DNA of 61,727 nucleotides, counting the filler, from Candidatus Fermentibacterota bacterium (lineage in GTDB: Bacteria > JAFGKV01): the NCBI GenBank assembly GCA_016928395.1. It is 6 parts of 6 records of this genome, joined end to end, with 100 filler letters (N's around TTAATTAATTAA, not from the genome) between each part and the next. Parts side by side here need not be neighbours in the genome. Positions count along the whole stretch, not along the records: positions 17,224 to 32,638 come from JAFGKV010000203.1; positions 32,739 to 36,519 come from JAFGKV010000204.1; positions 36,620 to 43,453 come from JAFGKV010000205.1; 3 more parts are not named here. The stretch is one strand, 5' to 3'. Below, in pieces: positions 30,490-43,020 of the stretch. The translations under genes and the position numbers were made by a program. Under the pieces are notes generated by a model. The model saw only the letters and a program-made list of their open reading frames with translations. It did not search any database and was not told the origin of the DNA. How positions within the stretch are numbered: position 1 is the stretch's first letter; every line of letters starts with the position of its first letter.

Positions 30490-32589
30490 CTAGTTCAGTA
30501 CCACCACCTGTCGCGTGACACCCATCGACCCCGCCTGCGCACGGCAGAGGTAGGTCCCCGGGCCAACCGGCGTTCCCTCGTCACTCTTGCCATCCCAGGT
30601 GATGAGGTGCAGCCCGGCGTCCACCCCGCCTTCAAGTAGTTGCCGGATCTTCTGGCCGGCAAGGTCGTAGATGGCTAGATCCACCTCTCCTGCGGCAGGC
30701 ATGCGCAACCTGAACGTGGTCTCATCGGAGAAGGGATTCGGGAAACCCCGCGCCAATGACAGCGCCGTCGGAAGAACAACGACGCTCACCGGACCGTGGC
30801 TCGTCTCAACGCCACCCATGTCGACATCCGCCACCCGATACCAGTAGGTCATCCCTGGCTCGACCGCCTCATCAACAAAAGAGTACGACTGCGGGCTCAG
30901 AGTCGTCCCTGCGCCGGATATCAGTGCCTCGGTGAGCCTCGCGTAGACTGAGGCGTCTCCCTCGGCCCGGTACACGTGGAACCCAAGATTCTCATCTTCC
31001 GAGGCCGTACCCCAGGTCAGTCGAACCGCACCGTTCTCGCACATCGCGGCAAACGACGTCAGCTCAACAGGCACCACGACGCCTACCGCCAGGCTGAACT
31101 CCGACGTGTTATTCGAAGAACTGGTGGCCGTTGCGGCGATCAGGTCGCCGACTGGCACCATGGCGCCGAAGAACGTGAACTGGAAGGATGCATTGCCTGC
31201 GGCATCGGTGACCACGCTTTGGGGGCCCACCAGAGTCTGCCCCTCGCCATAGCCGGTCGGATCGGCTGCCGTGTTCGCGAAGAACTGCAGCGTGAAGGTC
31301 GTGCTCGCGGTGCTGTTCAGCGAGCCCGCCACCGTGAGATCCGTGCCGTTGGTCACCACGGAGGTGAGCACCGGGTAGTTCTGAAGGCCGTTGGCACCTG
31401 TGTCGGGATCTCCGTCATCATTGGCGGTCACGCCGTTGGAACCCAGATCGATGCCCAAGCCTCCGTTGGAGTGAATGCTGTTGGAGAGAATTCGATTACC
31501 GGTTCCTGTTTCAATATCGACACCACCGCCCGTATTGTAGGCAATGACATTGCCCTCGCCGGGATTCAACCCGCCGATGGTGTTGTTGTTCGGATCATCG
31601 TTCACCCGATCCAGGTAGATCCCGGTGCTCCCGTTACCCAAGGCCACCGTTCCTGTGACATCGGTGCCAATGAGGTTCGCCTGCACGGTACAGGGATGGT
31701 TGTCGGCGATGCGTACTCCATACCCCGCATTGCCTGAGATCAGGTTTCCCGCTCCCGGCATGCCGCAGAAGTTGTTCGATGCGGCGAGCACAACCCCTCC
31801 TCCGGCATTGGGGATGGCATAGGTGCCGCTGACGTCGGTGCCGATGTAGTTGCCTATGATGACGTTGTTGTTCGCGAAGTAACCAACAACCACCACACCC
31901 CAATAGACGCTTTGAGCTCCCGAAATGAGATTGCGTGCGCCGGGATCGCTCCCGCCGATGGTATTGTTCGCGGCACCAAGAATCTGGATCCCGTAGCCGC
32001 CGGTGGAACCCTGGCGCACGGTCCCCGTGATATCGGTGCCGATGTAGTTGCCATCGACGGTATGCCCGCCTGTTCCATCCCCGCTCATGTAGAGGCAGTT
32101 TGCCCGGGCACGGTTAAGTACGAGACCAGTGATCCTGCACCCCGTGGCAGACACCCTCAGGATGTCCGAACCTGAGGGCGTAGAGTCTCCTCGAATCTCA
32201 GTCTTCAAGACAGCATCAGACATGCCCGGCGTGGGCACTGTGTTTCGTTGGGCGCCCGGCTGCGAATACCCGTCGATCACCACCGCTTGGGTTATGGTCG
32301 GAAGGGTCGAGAGAATTGTGATGGACCAATAGTCCGGTGGCCCGGCCACATAGCCCGCGTCGGACGTGGGGATGTTGAAGACGATGGTGTCGGCCCCCGC
32401 GCTGCCGTTGGCATCGGTGATGGCCTGGCGGAGCGATCCGGCTCCCGAGTCGCCGGTGATGATAACGGTGTACGTCGCCGCAGCGCTCGGTGCGACGGCA
32501 ACCGCCAGCAGGAGAAGTGAGGTAATGATCAAGCTGAGGCGCACAGGCGGCACGCTGCGCGGTGCGGGATGGTGGCGAGTGTTCTTCAT
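30490..32589 (-). CDS. Secreted beta-helix protein with PVELTSF and FlgD-Ig/T9SS-like CTD
   Basis: Signal peptide; GSLRQAI; repeated GNYIGTD / N.IGG / NLISG beta-helix units; NTSEFS; VPVELTSF; FPNPF...WDGK...GTY tail. Confidence 0.88.
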   Translation of the reverse strand: MKNTRHHPAPRSVPPVRLSLIITSLLLLAVAVAPSAAATYTVIITGDSGAGSLRQAITDANGSAGADTIVFNIPTSDAGYVAGPPDYWSITILSTLPTITQAVVIDGYSQPGAQRNTVPTPGMSDAVLKTEIRGDSTPSGSDILRVSATGCRITGLVLNRARANCLYMSGDGTGGHTVDGNYIGTDITGTVRQGSTGGYGIQILGAANNTIGGSDPGARNLISGAQSVYWGVVVVGYFANNNVIIGNYIGTDVSGTYAIPNAGGGVVLAASNNFCGMPGAGNLISGNAGYGVRIADNHPCTVQANLIGTDVTGTVALGNGSTGIYLDRVNDDPNNNTIGGLNPGEGNVIAYNTGGGVDIETGTGNRILSNSIHSNGGLGIDLGSNGVTANDDGDPDTGANGLQNYPVLTSVVTNGTDLTVAGSLNSTASTTFTLQFFANTAADPTGYGEGQTLVGPQSVVTDAAGNASFQFTFFGAMVPVGDLIAATATSSSNNTSEFSLAVGVVVPVELTSFAAMCENGAVRLTWGTASEDENLGFHVYRAEGDASVYARLTEALISGAGTTLSPQSYSFVDEAVEPGMTYWYRVADVDMGGVETSHGPVSVVVLPTALSLARGFPNPFSDETTFRLRMPAAGEVDLAIYDLAGQKIRQLLEGGVDAGLHLITWDGKSDEGTPVGPGTYLCRAQAGSMGVTRQVVVLN

Positions 32590-32638
32590 TTCGACATACT
32601 CCAGGTAGAGCAATGAGTGGCCGGTGGACCCTTCACGA

Positions 32639-32738
32639 NNNNNNNNNNNNNNNNNNNNNNNNNNNNNNNNNNNNNNNNNNNNTTAATTAATTAANNNNNN
32701 NNNNNNNNNNNNNNNNNNNNNNNNNNNNNNNNNNNNNN
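32639..32738. other. Artificial contig linker
   Basis: N run with TTAATTAATTAA. Confidence 0.99.
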
Positions 32739-34295
32739 AGTGGCGCCGGACACGACTCGACCCTCCAGCCCGCCGGTTTCGTCCTGTCGAGACACGATAG
32801 CCAAATCACTGACGATGAAAGGAACGGAAAACAGCCGGTTGTCATCGGGCGAGAAATCGATCCGGGCGGAGGCAACGAGTATGTAGAACCCCGACCTCTC
32901 CATGGGCGGCGTGGCAAAGGTGCGATGAAGTCGGTAGTCCGGGGTCTCAGGGAGATCCATGTCCCACTGCACCAATTCCAGATAGGGACTCTGGCCGCGC
33001 ACAAGGCTTTTCACATCATCCCGGGCAGGTAAGAGATTGCGGTCTTTCGCGGATCGGATCCAGTCCTCCAGGTCAAGCCTGTAGGCGCGGAAGTAGAGCT
33101 TCGACAGGTTCTTGTGGCTCACCTGAATGGAGCGCGCCTGTGCCTTGTCGCTGGTCATGGAGGTGATGCCGTAGTCAGGATGTTCGATCTGAGAAATGAT
33201 AGCCTGACAATGCCGGCCGCCCAGAGAGCCGGGGTACGCCTTATGGCCTTCCTGAGCAATGGCGCGAGCTTCTACCAGGCTGTTTGGATGATCACCCTGC
33301 CGGACAAACTCGGCCAACTGGGCCATGCCTTCGGCCCACCACTCTAGCCCGCGGAGTCTCGGCAGCCGAGTCGTAAGATCCTCCCGAATGGCCATCCGGT
33401 CATCGCGTTGGGTGAACGAAGCCCACAGGCGGCGCAGCCGCTCAAGGCGAACCTCCAACGCGGCTTCGGGCCGGTCATTGCCGATGTGCCACGTCTCCAG
33501 ATCCGCCAGAATTGCCCCGATCTTGAGGAGCGGGTGTACTGCCATGTCAGCCAGGGCTATGCCATCTTTGGAATGCTCGCCCCTGATCAGCGAGGCCAGA
33601 TCCAACATGAACAGCTCATTAGACTGCTCCGGTCGCCAGTTCCCCGTATTGGCCAGAAGCTCCACGAACAGGTAGGTCGTTGCATCCCGGAGCGTGCCTC
33701 TGATTTCCCGGGGATAGGTGTTGGACCAAAGGTACTCCCCCAAAGCGGTGACCGGCTCCCGGCCCAGGACATCCCTTTGGGCCCATACCTCAAAGAAGGC
33801 TCGCACGGCTTCCTGGAAGATCTCCTCTCTGGTCCACGCCTTGAGATCGACCTCCGCCGTGGATTCGACTCTCTCACGACGGTCGATCTCCCAGGAGTAT
33901 GCATCAAGGTACGTCATAAGCCCGTGGGCATAGTACAGGTGTAGCACCGCGCGGGATCGCGCATCATCGGGCCAGGGCTGCTCTCGGAAGAATCGTACCG
34001 TGGTCTCATACCCGTGGAGGGCAAGACGCAACTGAGTTTCCTTGATGAGCGCCTTGGTCCACTGTACAACATCGTTGCTTGAGCGGGCCGCCTCGCGAAT
34101 ACCGGCTACGGATTTGGCCGCCTCTTCGTACTTCTGCTCATCTATCAGCGTCTCGACGTCTTTCCAGTTTTTGGATTCTGCCATGAGACCACCTTCCTGG
34201 CCCGACCCTCCGGTTCCCGCGCCCGCCGAGGCTGAGTGAGGGGCGCAACCGACTCCAAGGGCGCACATCAAGGTAACAACGACGAACGCATGCAT
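32739..34295 (-). CDS. Probable alpha-2-macroglobulin-family lipoprotein, N-terminal part (truncated)
   Basis: Lipobox-like GVGC; long helical N-terminus, then KNLSKLYFRAYRL and GFYILVAS...VSDLAIV...GRVVSGAT typical of MG domains. Start uncertain. Confidence 0.7.
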
Positions 34296-34573
34296 GCTGA
34301 CACCTACCAAGTAAAGGACCATAGGCACGCTCACTACGAAGCGCTGGTGAAGCACAATAAGCGTTCAGAAGGTTCAGAATGCACCCCCGATGAGCCTGAT
34401 CGAGAGCTGTACACGGTGCACAGTGCGCAGATTATGGCGTGGCCAGCCTTCCGCCAAGGATGGATGAGTGGAGCGATGAAGTGCACTCCACTCTCCTGCC
34501 CCTACTGCTTCGTCCAGGGGAACGAGGTGCCTCGGAGGAGGGTACGACCGCCTTGGAATACTGGAGGATCACC

Positions 34574-35467
34574 ATGCATCGTTGTGTTTTTCTGTTGCTC
34601 ACTCTCTCCCTTTTCGACACCGTGCGGGCCGATGATGCCCTGCCCCTGTTCGCACTCCCAGACTACCCCGAGATCACCGCCGGGGGCAGCGCGGTCGCGC
34701 CCCTGGCCACGGGTGCCGTGGCGGTGCTTCTCAACCCTGCGGGTATGTCGGCAGGGGGGCACTCCGAAATCGCTCTCTCCATGGGATTCTTGTATCAGGA
34801 TATCCGGCGCCACACCGGGGCGGTAGCGGTTCCGCTGCCATCGGCACGCGTGGGAGACCTGGTTCCCTGGGTCGGCCTGTCCGTCTCTTCTGTTTCGTAT
34901 GGCTCCATGGAACGGCGAACCGGTCCATCCACCACGCCCGAAGGAACTTACGGCGCCGGTGACATACGGCTTGGCGCCGCCTTGGCTTCCTCCCCCTTCG
35001 ACGGGTTTCATCTGGGCATAGGCGTCAGTTGGAGTGAGGCTCAGATCTCCGATATCACCGGCTCGGCCACCGCATTGGACGCGGGCGCCGTCTATTCTCT
35101 CTCCTCCCCTGCCCTCGATTTCGGTGCCTCGTGCATCAATCTTGCAACGCTGCACAGCGATGAGCGCCTGGGCGACCTGGCCCGCGCGGTGCAAGGAACG
35201 ATGCGGTGGAAGACATTCCGAGGCCGCGTCCGAATAGCAGCGGGAGTCCGCCTAATCGGCGACGATGATCCCGAGGTTCTGTCAGGTGTCGAGTATGCCA
35301 TTGGCGACCTTGCGCTCCGCGCGGGGCGTATCTTTGGCCATGACACCGCCGGATTCACTGCGGGAGTGGGGGCGACGGTGCGTGATCTGAACATCGCATA
35401 CTCCTTCGAGGAACACGGGCTCGATCTCGGCTCTTCCCACCGCGTGGGCCTCACGTGGCGGCTGTGA
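34574..35467 (+). CDS. PorV/PorQ-family outer-membrane beta-barrel
   Basis: ATG after GGAGG; LNPAGMS, YGSM, ALDAGAVY, GVEY...LRAG and GSSHRVGLTWRL terminal strand. Confidence 0.8.
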   Translation: MHRCVFLLLTLSLFDTVRADDALPLFALPDYPEITAGGSAVAPLATGAVAVLLNPAGMSAGGHSEIALSMGFLYQDIRRHTGAVAVPLPSARVGDLVPWVGLSVSSVSYGSMERRTGPSTTPEGTYGAGDIRLGAALASSPFDGFHLGIGVSWSEAQISDITGSATALDAGAVYSLSSPALDFGASCINLATLHSDERLGDLARAVQGTMRWKTFRGRVRIAAGVRLIGDDDPEVLSGVEYAIGDLALRAGRIFGHDTAGFTAGVGATVRDLNIAYSFEEHGLDLGSSHRVGLTWRL

Positions 35468-36519
35468 CGCCGGTAGCCCACACGGGCCACCCCCGGCCCT
35501 CTCGCCACGCGACACTCATCCGTCGCCTGAGGGTGACCCCCGCCGCGTGGGCGCTTCCGCTCAGCATCATTGCCCTGACGCCAAAGGCCCATGGCGCTGA
35601 AATCCTGGTCAAGTTCAGCGAGGCATCGGGGATTACGGCTCAGCTGTGGTCTGTTGACTCCCCCAGTGACCTATCGGCACTCCATCTGGCCGCAGGCGCC
35701 CGCACCTCGATCCCATTGGCCCGGCAGGCTCCCCAGGGAGACGATACGTTCCGGGCCCACGGGCTGGACAGGATCTCCCTCATTCGCACGGCCGACGGAG
35801 TATCCCAGGCGGATGCCGTGCGAGCGTATGTGCAGAGCGGGCTCGTGGAGTATGCGGTGCCGAATCATGCCTACCGTACAAGCCTCGCCGGGATGACGGG
35901 GACGGATTCGCTGGAGGCACAGCAGTGGGGCCTGGCGAAGATCCGCGCCCGGACGGGCTGGGCCGTGGAGCGGGGAAGCAGGGATGTCATCGTGGCCATC
36001 GTCGACACCGGTGTCGACTACCTCCATCCCGACCTGGCTGCCAATGTATGGGTCAATGCGGCCGAAGACCTGAACGGAAACCGCCGGTTCGATCCCTGGC
36101 CGGTTTCGGACGGAGGCGACCTGAACGGCGTCGATGATGACGGCAACGGCTTCGTTGATGACGTGATCGGCTGGGACTTCGCCGATGCCCCTGAGTTGCC
36201 GGGCACCGGCGACTGGCTCAATCGCGACAATGATCCCATGGACGAAGGCCCTTCGAGCCACGGCACCCATGTGGCCGGCATCGCGTGCGCCGTTGCCGAC
36301 AATGGCATCGGGGTGGCAGGTGTCGCCCCGGGCTGCCGCGTCATGGCCTTGCGGGCCGGATTCGGCCCCCTGGGGTACCTGCAGGAGGACGATGTCTCCT
36401 CTGCCATCGTCTACGCGGCCCAGAACGGCGCTTCCGTGATCAACATGAGCTGGGGCGATGTGGTCGTGTCGCCCGTGATCAAGGATGTGCTCGCCTATGC
36501 CCATGCCCGTGGATGCGTG
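35464..36519 (+). CDS. S8 subtilase family serine peptidase (truncated)
   Basis: IVAIVDTGVD (Asp), HGTHVAG (His), VINMSWG; a GTGA overlap with the PorV stop is the likely start; cut before the catalytic Ser. Confidence 0.92.
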
Positions 36520-36619
36520 NNNNNNNNNNNNNNNNNNNNNNNNNNNNNNNNNNNNNNNNNNNNTTAATTAATTAANNNNNNNNNNNNNNNNNNNNNNNNN
36601 NNNNNNNNNNNNNNNNNNN
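36520..36619. other. Artificial contig linker
   Basis: N run with TTAATTAATTAA. Confidence 0.99.
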
Positions 36620-39600
36620 TCAGGTCGGCCCGCCAGACCTCGCCGCGCACGTCGAAGCTCTGGGAGCCTCCCACGCCGGCGATCTCCAGCTTACCCTTCA
36701 CCTGCGCATCGTGTCGCCAGAAGGCCTTCAGGTACTTGCCGACCGCCAGCAGGCAGTAGCCGCCTTCCTGGGTCGAGAGGTAGTGGCGCGCCCCCAGAGC
36801 GGTATTCACCTCGTCAAAGAGCCGCATGGCCAGCTCATCATTGCCGCCGGCAGTGGCCAGTTCCAGGAGAATGGCCTTGTCACGCAGCGCCGACCCATAG
36901 GTGCCGCCCAGTTCGCGGTATTCGGAGATGTCAGTACCCGCATCTCGGAGCACCTCGGCCGCGGCCGCCTCCATGCCCGCTCGCTGATAGGCCCCGGCCA
37001 GGTACCACTTGGACACCGTGTCCAGAAGGTCAAGCCTTCCTTCCCGCATGAGGTTCATGGCGCCTACGGCCGGCTCGCCGGCCAAGGCGAGGAGGTAGAG
37101 CCGGTAGCACCGGGTTTTGTAGTCGCCGGCCTCGGCCGCGGCATGGCGCTTCTGGAACGTGAGCCACCGGGCGACCATGTCACTGGGTACGAAGTAGCCC
37201 AACGCCTTGGCCTCCAGCAGGAAATGCCCGGCATAGTTCGTGGCCCATTCCGCGGCGCTGCTGCCTCCCGGCCAGTAGGCGAAGCCGCCGTCGGCCGTCT
37301 GGAAGCGGCGCATGCGATCCACGACTTCATTTACATTGCGGTCAACGAGAGTCGCCACCTCGTGGCGGGTATGGGAGGGCTTGTCCAGGAAGGCCATGAA
37401 ATCCTTCAGGAAGAGCTGCGGGAATACCGCGGAGACACTCTGCTCGATGCAGCCATAGGGGAATCGGATGAGCTGGGTCAGGCGATTCCCGAACCTGAGC
37501 CCGGGCATGGCCGCCATGCGCACCCCGGCGCGCCGCGTTCCCTCCAGGCCCAGAGCCGGCACCACGAAGTCGATTCGTTCGCCCGGTCTGATGCTGAACT
37601 CCTTGGCCTCATACATGTAGGGGTTCACCGGTCGCACGGCCAGCTCGGTCTCCACCCAGGCGGTGTGGGAGCCCGATTTGGCCTCGACGCGCACCGTGGC
37701 CACGCCTGCCGAGGCGGCAGCTCGCATGGAGAAGATCGCATCCTGTTCACCCTTGCCCGAGAAGCTCAAACGCTGCTCCGCAAGCCCATCCACCGCCAAA
37801 GGCCCGGTGGTGCGGACGGATACCGCTACCTCGCGTATGCCGTCATCCGTGGTGAAGACCGTGGCCGGGAGAGTAAAGGTCTCGCCGGGGCCGATGACCC
37901 GGGGAAGAGTCGGCAAGAGCACCAGCGGTTCCCGCACGGGTACGGTGCTCTCCGTTGACCCGTAGCGCGTCCCGTCGGACACGACAGCCATGATTCTCAC
38001 CGATCCCATGTAGTTGGGCATGGTGAAGGTGAACGATGCACTGCCCCGGGTGTCCACGGACACCGGCCCCTGGAACATTGCCACCGGCTCGAACCTCTTG
38101 GCGCGAACGGGGCCCAATTGGCGTGTCCGGAAGTCGTCTTCGTCGCCGCCGACCTGGAATCGCTTCTCGATGTCGCCCCACAGCTTGCCGATCACATTGT
38201 CGAACATGTCGAAGCTAAAGACCGATAGCCGCTCCTTGGCGAAGAAGAAGGCCCATGGGTTGGGCGTCTTGAATGAGGTGAGGTCGAGCAAGCCCTCATC
38301 GACTACCGCTACCGTGGCGGTGGCTTTGGCGCCCCGGGGAACCCTGGCTACCACGGTGAACTCCTGGCGGGGCTTCAGCTCCGCGGGCGCCTCGATATCC
38401 ACCGAGAGGCGCGTGCTGGGGTCTTCTATGCCGAGGGGAATGGTGCCGAATAGCCGCATGGGCCGGTCATTTGCCGTGCTCTCGTAGGGCTGGATCACCA
38501 CCGCCGTGACATAGACATTGGGCAGCATATCCCGGGTGATCTCGACATTGAAAGGCGTGGTCGGTCCGGAGAGGGCGACCCATGAATGCTTCAGCACGCG
38601 GGCGCCTTTCTCCACCGTGACGAACATCGCGCCCTCGGAGGGCGTGCGCACCGTGACCGTGGCCCGCTCGCCCGGGAGGTAGGAAGCCTTGTCGCATTCC
38701 ATCTGGAGGTGGGTGCCGGCCGCCATGGGCGCTCCCTCCTCGCCCCAATGGGATGCCCAGACGAAGTACCCGCTCTGGTGCCCCCCGGCGACATCCTCCA
38801 GCTCGATGAGCACCTGGCCCTCCATATCGGGGCTAATCGTGAACGCCACGGGTTCGTCTTTGGACGTGATGGTGAACGAGGTCACCAGGCCGGTGCTGGT
38901 GTCGGTCTTGAACTTCAGGGTCGATGAGTCGTCATCATAGTGCCACCACCAGTACTTGGAGCTGTGGTACACATTGACCTTGATCTCCCTGCCCGGCAGG
39001 GGAGTGCCGTGGCGATCCAGCGCGACCGCCGCCAGCTTGAGTTCGGCATTGACCTTCACGTAACGGGAGTCTGTCTCCTTGATGCCTACATAGGCGTCGT
39101 AGGGATCGATGAACACCGAATGCGCCTGGGTCGTGGGGCGCCCGCCCTTCTCAAAGACCCGGGCCGTGAGCACGGCGCCCACGGCCGAGGGGGCTTCGGA
39201 AAACGCCGGAATGCTCCACGTGAAGCTCGCCGTCCCGTCAGCCTCCAGTTTCGCATCGAAGATCTCAAGGTCATCAGGTTCAAACCGTCGGGTCGGCGTG
39301 GAGAATCGGAAGTCGCCGAACTTCGTGAAACGTTTCTGCGTGCTCATGTAGCGCGAGGACACGGTGGCATTGAGACCGGCGGCCGGCGCGCCGAAGAGGT
39401 AGGATGACTGCAGGCGAACGTTCACCGTGCGGTCGGCGGGGCCCAGGGAATCCTTCGGGACCTGGATGGCGACCTTCAGGCGGTTCGGTACCACTGTCTC
39501 GATCCTCAGCCTGTGGCGGGCGAGAAGGATGGCTCCGTTGTAGAATTCGGCGTACCAGTTTCCTGTGGGATCAGTCTCGGCAGTGGTGTAGGAGAACCCG

Positions 39601-41561
39601 AAGTGACCATTGACGCCGTCCCGGTTCACCACCTCTGACACAAGCTGGTTCTTGGGATTGAGGATCTTCATGGTCAGCGGGCTGCCCGAGGGGAACGTGT
39701 TGCTTTCGTCGCGAATGATGGCCGAGAGATAGACGGTATCACCAGGGCGATGGACACCGCGGTCCGCATAGACGAAGGCCCGCGTCTTCTGGGCGGTGCC
39801 GGCTTCGCCCCCGATATCGAAGGAGCCCAAGTTCAGGGCGCTCTCGCCGAATTTGAGGGCGGTGCTCTGACCACTCCACTCGCCCAGCAGATAGAAGCCT
39901 CCGGTGGAGTCGAATGATGCAATACCTGAGGCATCGGTCACGTGGGTCTCCAGGGGCTGGTTCTGGTAGGAAAACAGCGTCACCTTCACGCCAGGCAAAG
40001 GCTTGGCATCGCCCAAGTGGGTGGAGGCGACGAGCATCCGTTCGCCTTCCCGTTTGGCGATGAGGCCGATGTCCGTCATGATGACCGGCTTGGTAATGGT
40101 GCCGTTGCTGTAGTAGTAGCCCCTGCTGCAGGGATTGTCCCACGGTATGTACCCCTCGGTCTGGCCGCAGGTATAGAGCACGTCTTCCTGGCGTATGGAG
40201 AGTTCCACCAGGAAGAGCCCGCGCTGGTGCTTTTCCATGAGGCGCGACAGGTCGAGGGTGCTCTGGATCCATCTATTGCGGATCGTGCCGATCTCCAGGG
40301 TTTCGGCCGCCACGGTGACCCCGACCCGGTTCAGGTCGCCCCAGAACTCACCACGGTTCTTGCCCGAGGTCAGGTCAAAATCCTGGAGGAACTGCCCCAG
40401 GTTGGACTCGAATACCTGCATGACGTTGACCCGCACCCTGCGGACATTGATCGTGCGGAACCCGATGGCGCGCTCTCCCTCGGACGGCAGGAAGGCGCCG
40501 GTCTGTGAGAAGGCGACCTGGGGGGGCTGATCGCCGAACAGTATCTCGCGGACATAGTTCTCCCGCAGGGTGGCATCCCACCGGCTCGTGATGCCCCGGC
40601 GTACCGCCAAGGTGTATCGGGTATCGCGGTCGAACGGCCCGGCGATATGGAGGGTCTTACCCACCACGGTAATCTTGGTCTTGACGTAGGGCTCGACCGT
40701 GACATAGGCCGATGCGTCTTGGGTGGTGGAGAGTGGGTCAACGAAGTGCACGCTGATCCGCGGTTCGCGTTCATCGGCGCTGGTGGTGACCTCGGTGATG
40801 CCCAGTTCGCCCGCGGGGCGCAGTTCGGTCGAGTAGAGGTAATCTTCTTCGAGCGCAAACTGCCTCGCCGGTATGCGGAGGGAGAATGCCTGCACCTTGT
40901 CCGTTCGCTGAACGGTTGCCGAGCGGAACGTGAACGACCTGGGCCCCCCCTTCCAGGCCAGGGAAAGTGCCGCATCGTCGCGCTGGAGGCGCCCGTGGGC
41001 GTTCAGATCTTCCAGGCTCACGCTGTCGCTGAACTCCACGCTGCCGACCAAGACCACCTCCCGGGGATCACCTTCGTGGACCAGCTCGAATGCGCCGCGG
41101 AGAGAGATGATGCGGTTGGGCGCCACGGTGAACTCGACGCGGAGCGGGCCGGCATCGTCGGCCCGGGGGAGGAGTGCGCGCACATTGATGACCCCGGTGT
41201 GCCGTGTCCCCGGAACGAGGGGCTTCTGGGGATGGAATAGAAGCGTCCGCTCATTGAGCCATGAGGCCGTGCCGGGAATAGGGGGGGAGAAGGAGAAGGC
41301 AGAGGTCAAAGCGTTCGGGTCGGTTTCGCGATGCTCGAAGGCGCCGGTGAGCCGAACGGTGACCGGTCCCATGCGGGAGATGGAGCCGCTGGTGACCTGG
41401 CTGATGAGGCGGGCATTGCCAGCGATGTCGCCCACAGGGGCAGGGGTCCGATCGGGGCCGCCGCAGCCGCTGGCCAGCAGGATGGCGGCCAACGCCGCCG
41501 TGAATACCGTGGGAAACCTGCCGTGCATGGAGCTGACGGCCCGGCATTGTACCCTATGCAT
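36620..41561 (-). CDS. Alpha-2-macroglobulin family lipoprotein, YfhM-like (C-terminus truncated)
   Basis: Lipobox LASGC; DRGVHRPGD, AVVDEGLL and thioester motif PYGCIEQ; GGFAYWPG; LSTQE. Confidence 0.93.
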
Positions 41562-41674
41562 ACTCCCTCCCTTGTAAAGCGCGAACCGGATCAACGGTCT
41601 TTGTGGGGAAACAGGGGCTAGGCTATGCGGAAGTCTGGCCCGAGACAAGGGTTTCCCTCGGGGGACAGGGCAAG

Positions 41675-42218
41675 CTCGTTTCGCGAGCAGGGTTCAGGGT
41701 TGGAGGGTTCAGTCGAGCCTCTGAGGGCATGTGCACTCAGATTTCTGGGGTTGGGAGTACACCGCATCGCCCGTACGCGTTGCGCAGCTTCCGCGTAGGA
41801 GCCCCGCATCCAGCGGTGCGAGGGCAACCGGCTTTGGCCGCGACAGTCCGCGCATGTCGGGCCTGAAGGCCCTCCTACACCGCCCGTGCACCCCTGGTCG
41901 CCCGCGGGGGGGCGGGGGTCGGTATCGGTATCGTTATCGCCATCGTTGTCGTAAGCGTGATGGACGAGCTGGCCTTTGAACACGGAATGATGGAACAATG
42001 GAATGATGGATGATTGGAGGAATGAATGGGCCGACTGGATTCTGAATACCGCGCAAGCCCGACTGCTGGCCTCGCTTCGCTCGCAGGCTCCAGGGTTGGA
42101 GGGTCAGGAGTCGGGCCAGACTGCCTACTGCCGACTGATCGTATCCTCCGTCATTGCCCGACTCGATCGGGCAATCCAGGCCGAGTTTCTGGATCGCCCG
42201 GCTGAACCGGGTGATGAC
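41675..42218. repeat. Composite REP/BIME-like repeat cluster (left copy)
   Basis: GGTTCAG units; GTAGGAG...CTCCTAC pair; (TATCGG/TATCGT)n; GGAATGAT units; CGTCATTGCCCGACTCGATCGGGCAATCCAG (42149) with an inverted partner (42189-42218). Confidence 0.75.
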
Positions 42219-42477
42219 TCTCTGCCTCCCGGTCACCTACTCCGCGTGGGACCTACCCGGCATCGTTGGCGAGAATGCTGGGGTGGCTCTGCGTGAAGTT
42301 GCAGGTGAGAACCCTGTGGCGCGGTCTGAGGCCTGGCTTCGGCGCCGCGATTCTTGGGCATTGCGGTGCGACATGGTTCAACCGTACGTTGAACGTCTCC
42401 TCAGCTCAGAGGTGAGTCCCTGTGTGGCGCGTGCCCGGGCGCAGATACCGCCGGAAGCGTATGGGGTAGGCCTGAAC

Positions 42478-43008
42478 GTGTTGGAACCAACGCCACTCCC
42501 GGATACGGATCTTGTTGACGCGGCAAATCGTGGCGACGCCGCGGCCATGCGCGCGCTGTACTTCCGCTATCGTGACTGGGTGTATGGCCAGGCCATTCGA
42601 ATGGTGGGTACCCACGACGATGCCATCGACGTCGTACAGGAGGCGTTCATCTACTTCTTCGGGAAGTTCCCCCGGCTCACGCTCACCAGCCAGATCAAGA
42701 CCTTTCTCTATCCTGTCGTCCGCAACCTGTCCCTGAACGTCTTGACGGCGCGCAGGAAGGTTGTCTCTCTTGGCGGTCACGATGTGGAGAAAATCCCCAA
42801 TGGGCGGTCTTCGGGCTCCAACCGCCACGAGTTCGATGATCTGATCAAGGGTCTGGGCGAGGATGAGCAGGAGATCCTTATCCTTCGGTTTGTCGAGGAG
42901 TTCTCTCTCAAGGAGATCGCCGAGACGCTCTCCATCCCCCTCGGCACGGTGAAATCCCGCCTCCACCGCGCCCTCGCTCACGTCCGGCCACTACTCACAG
43001 GGCAGTAG
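42478..43008 (+). CDS. ECF sigma-70 factor
   Basis: DTDLV...GDAAAMRALY...DAIDVVQEAF (region 2) and EIAETLSIPLGTVKSRLHRA (region 4). Start approximate. Confidence 0.92.
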   Translation: MLEPTPLPDTDLVDAANRGDAAAMRALYFRYRDWVYGQAIRMVGTHDDAIDVVQEAFIYFFGKFPRLTLTSQIKTFLYPVVRNLSLNVLTARRKVVSLGGHDVEKIPNGRSSGSNRHEFDDLIKGLGEDEQEILILRFVEEFSLKEIAETLSIPLGTVKSRLHRALAHVRPLLTGQ

Positions 43009-43020
43009 CGAGGGGTTACC

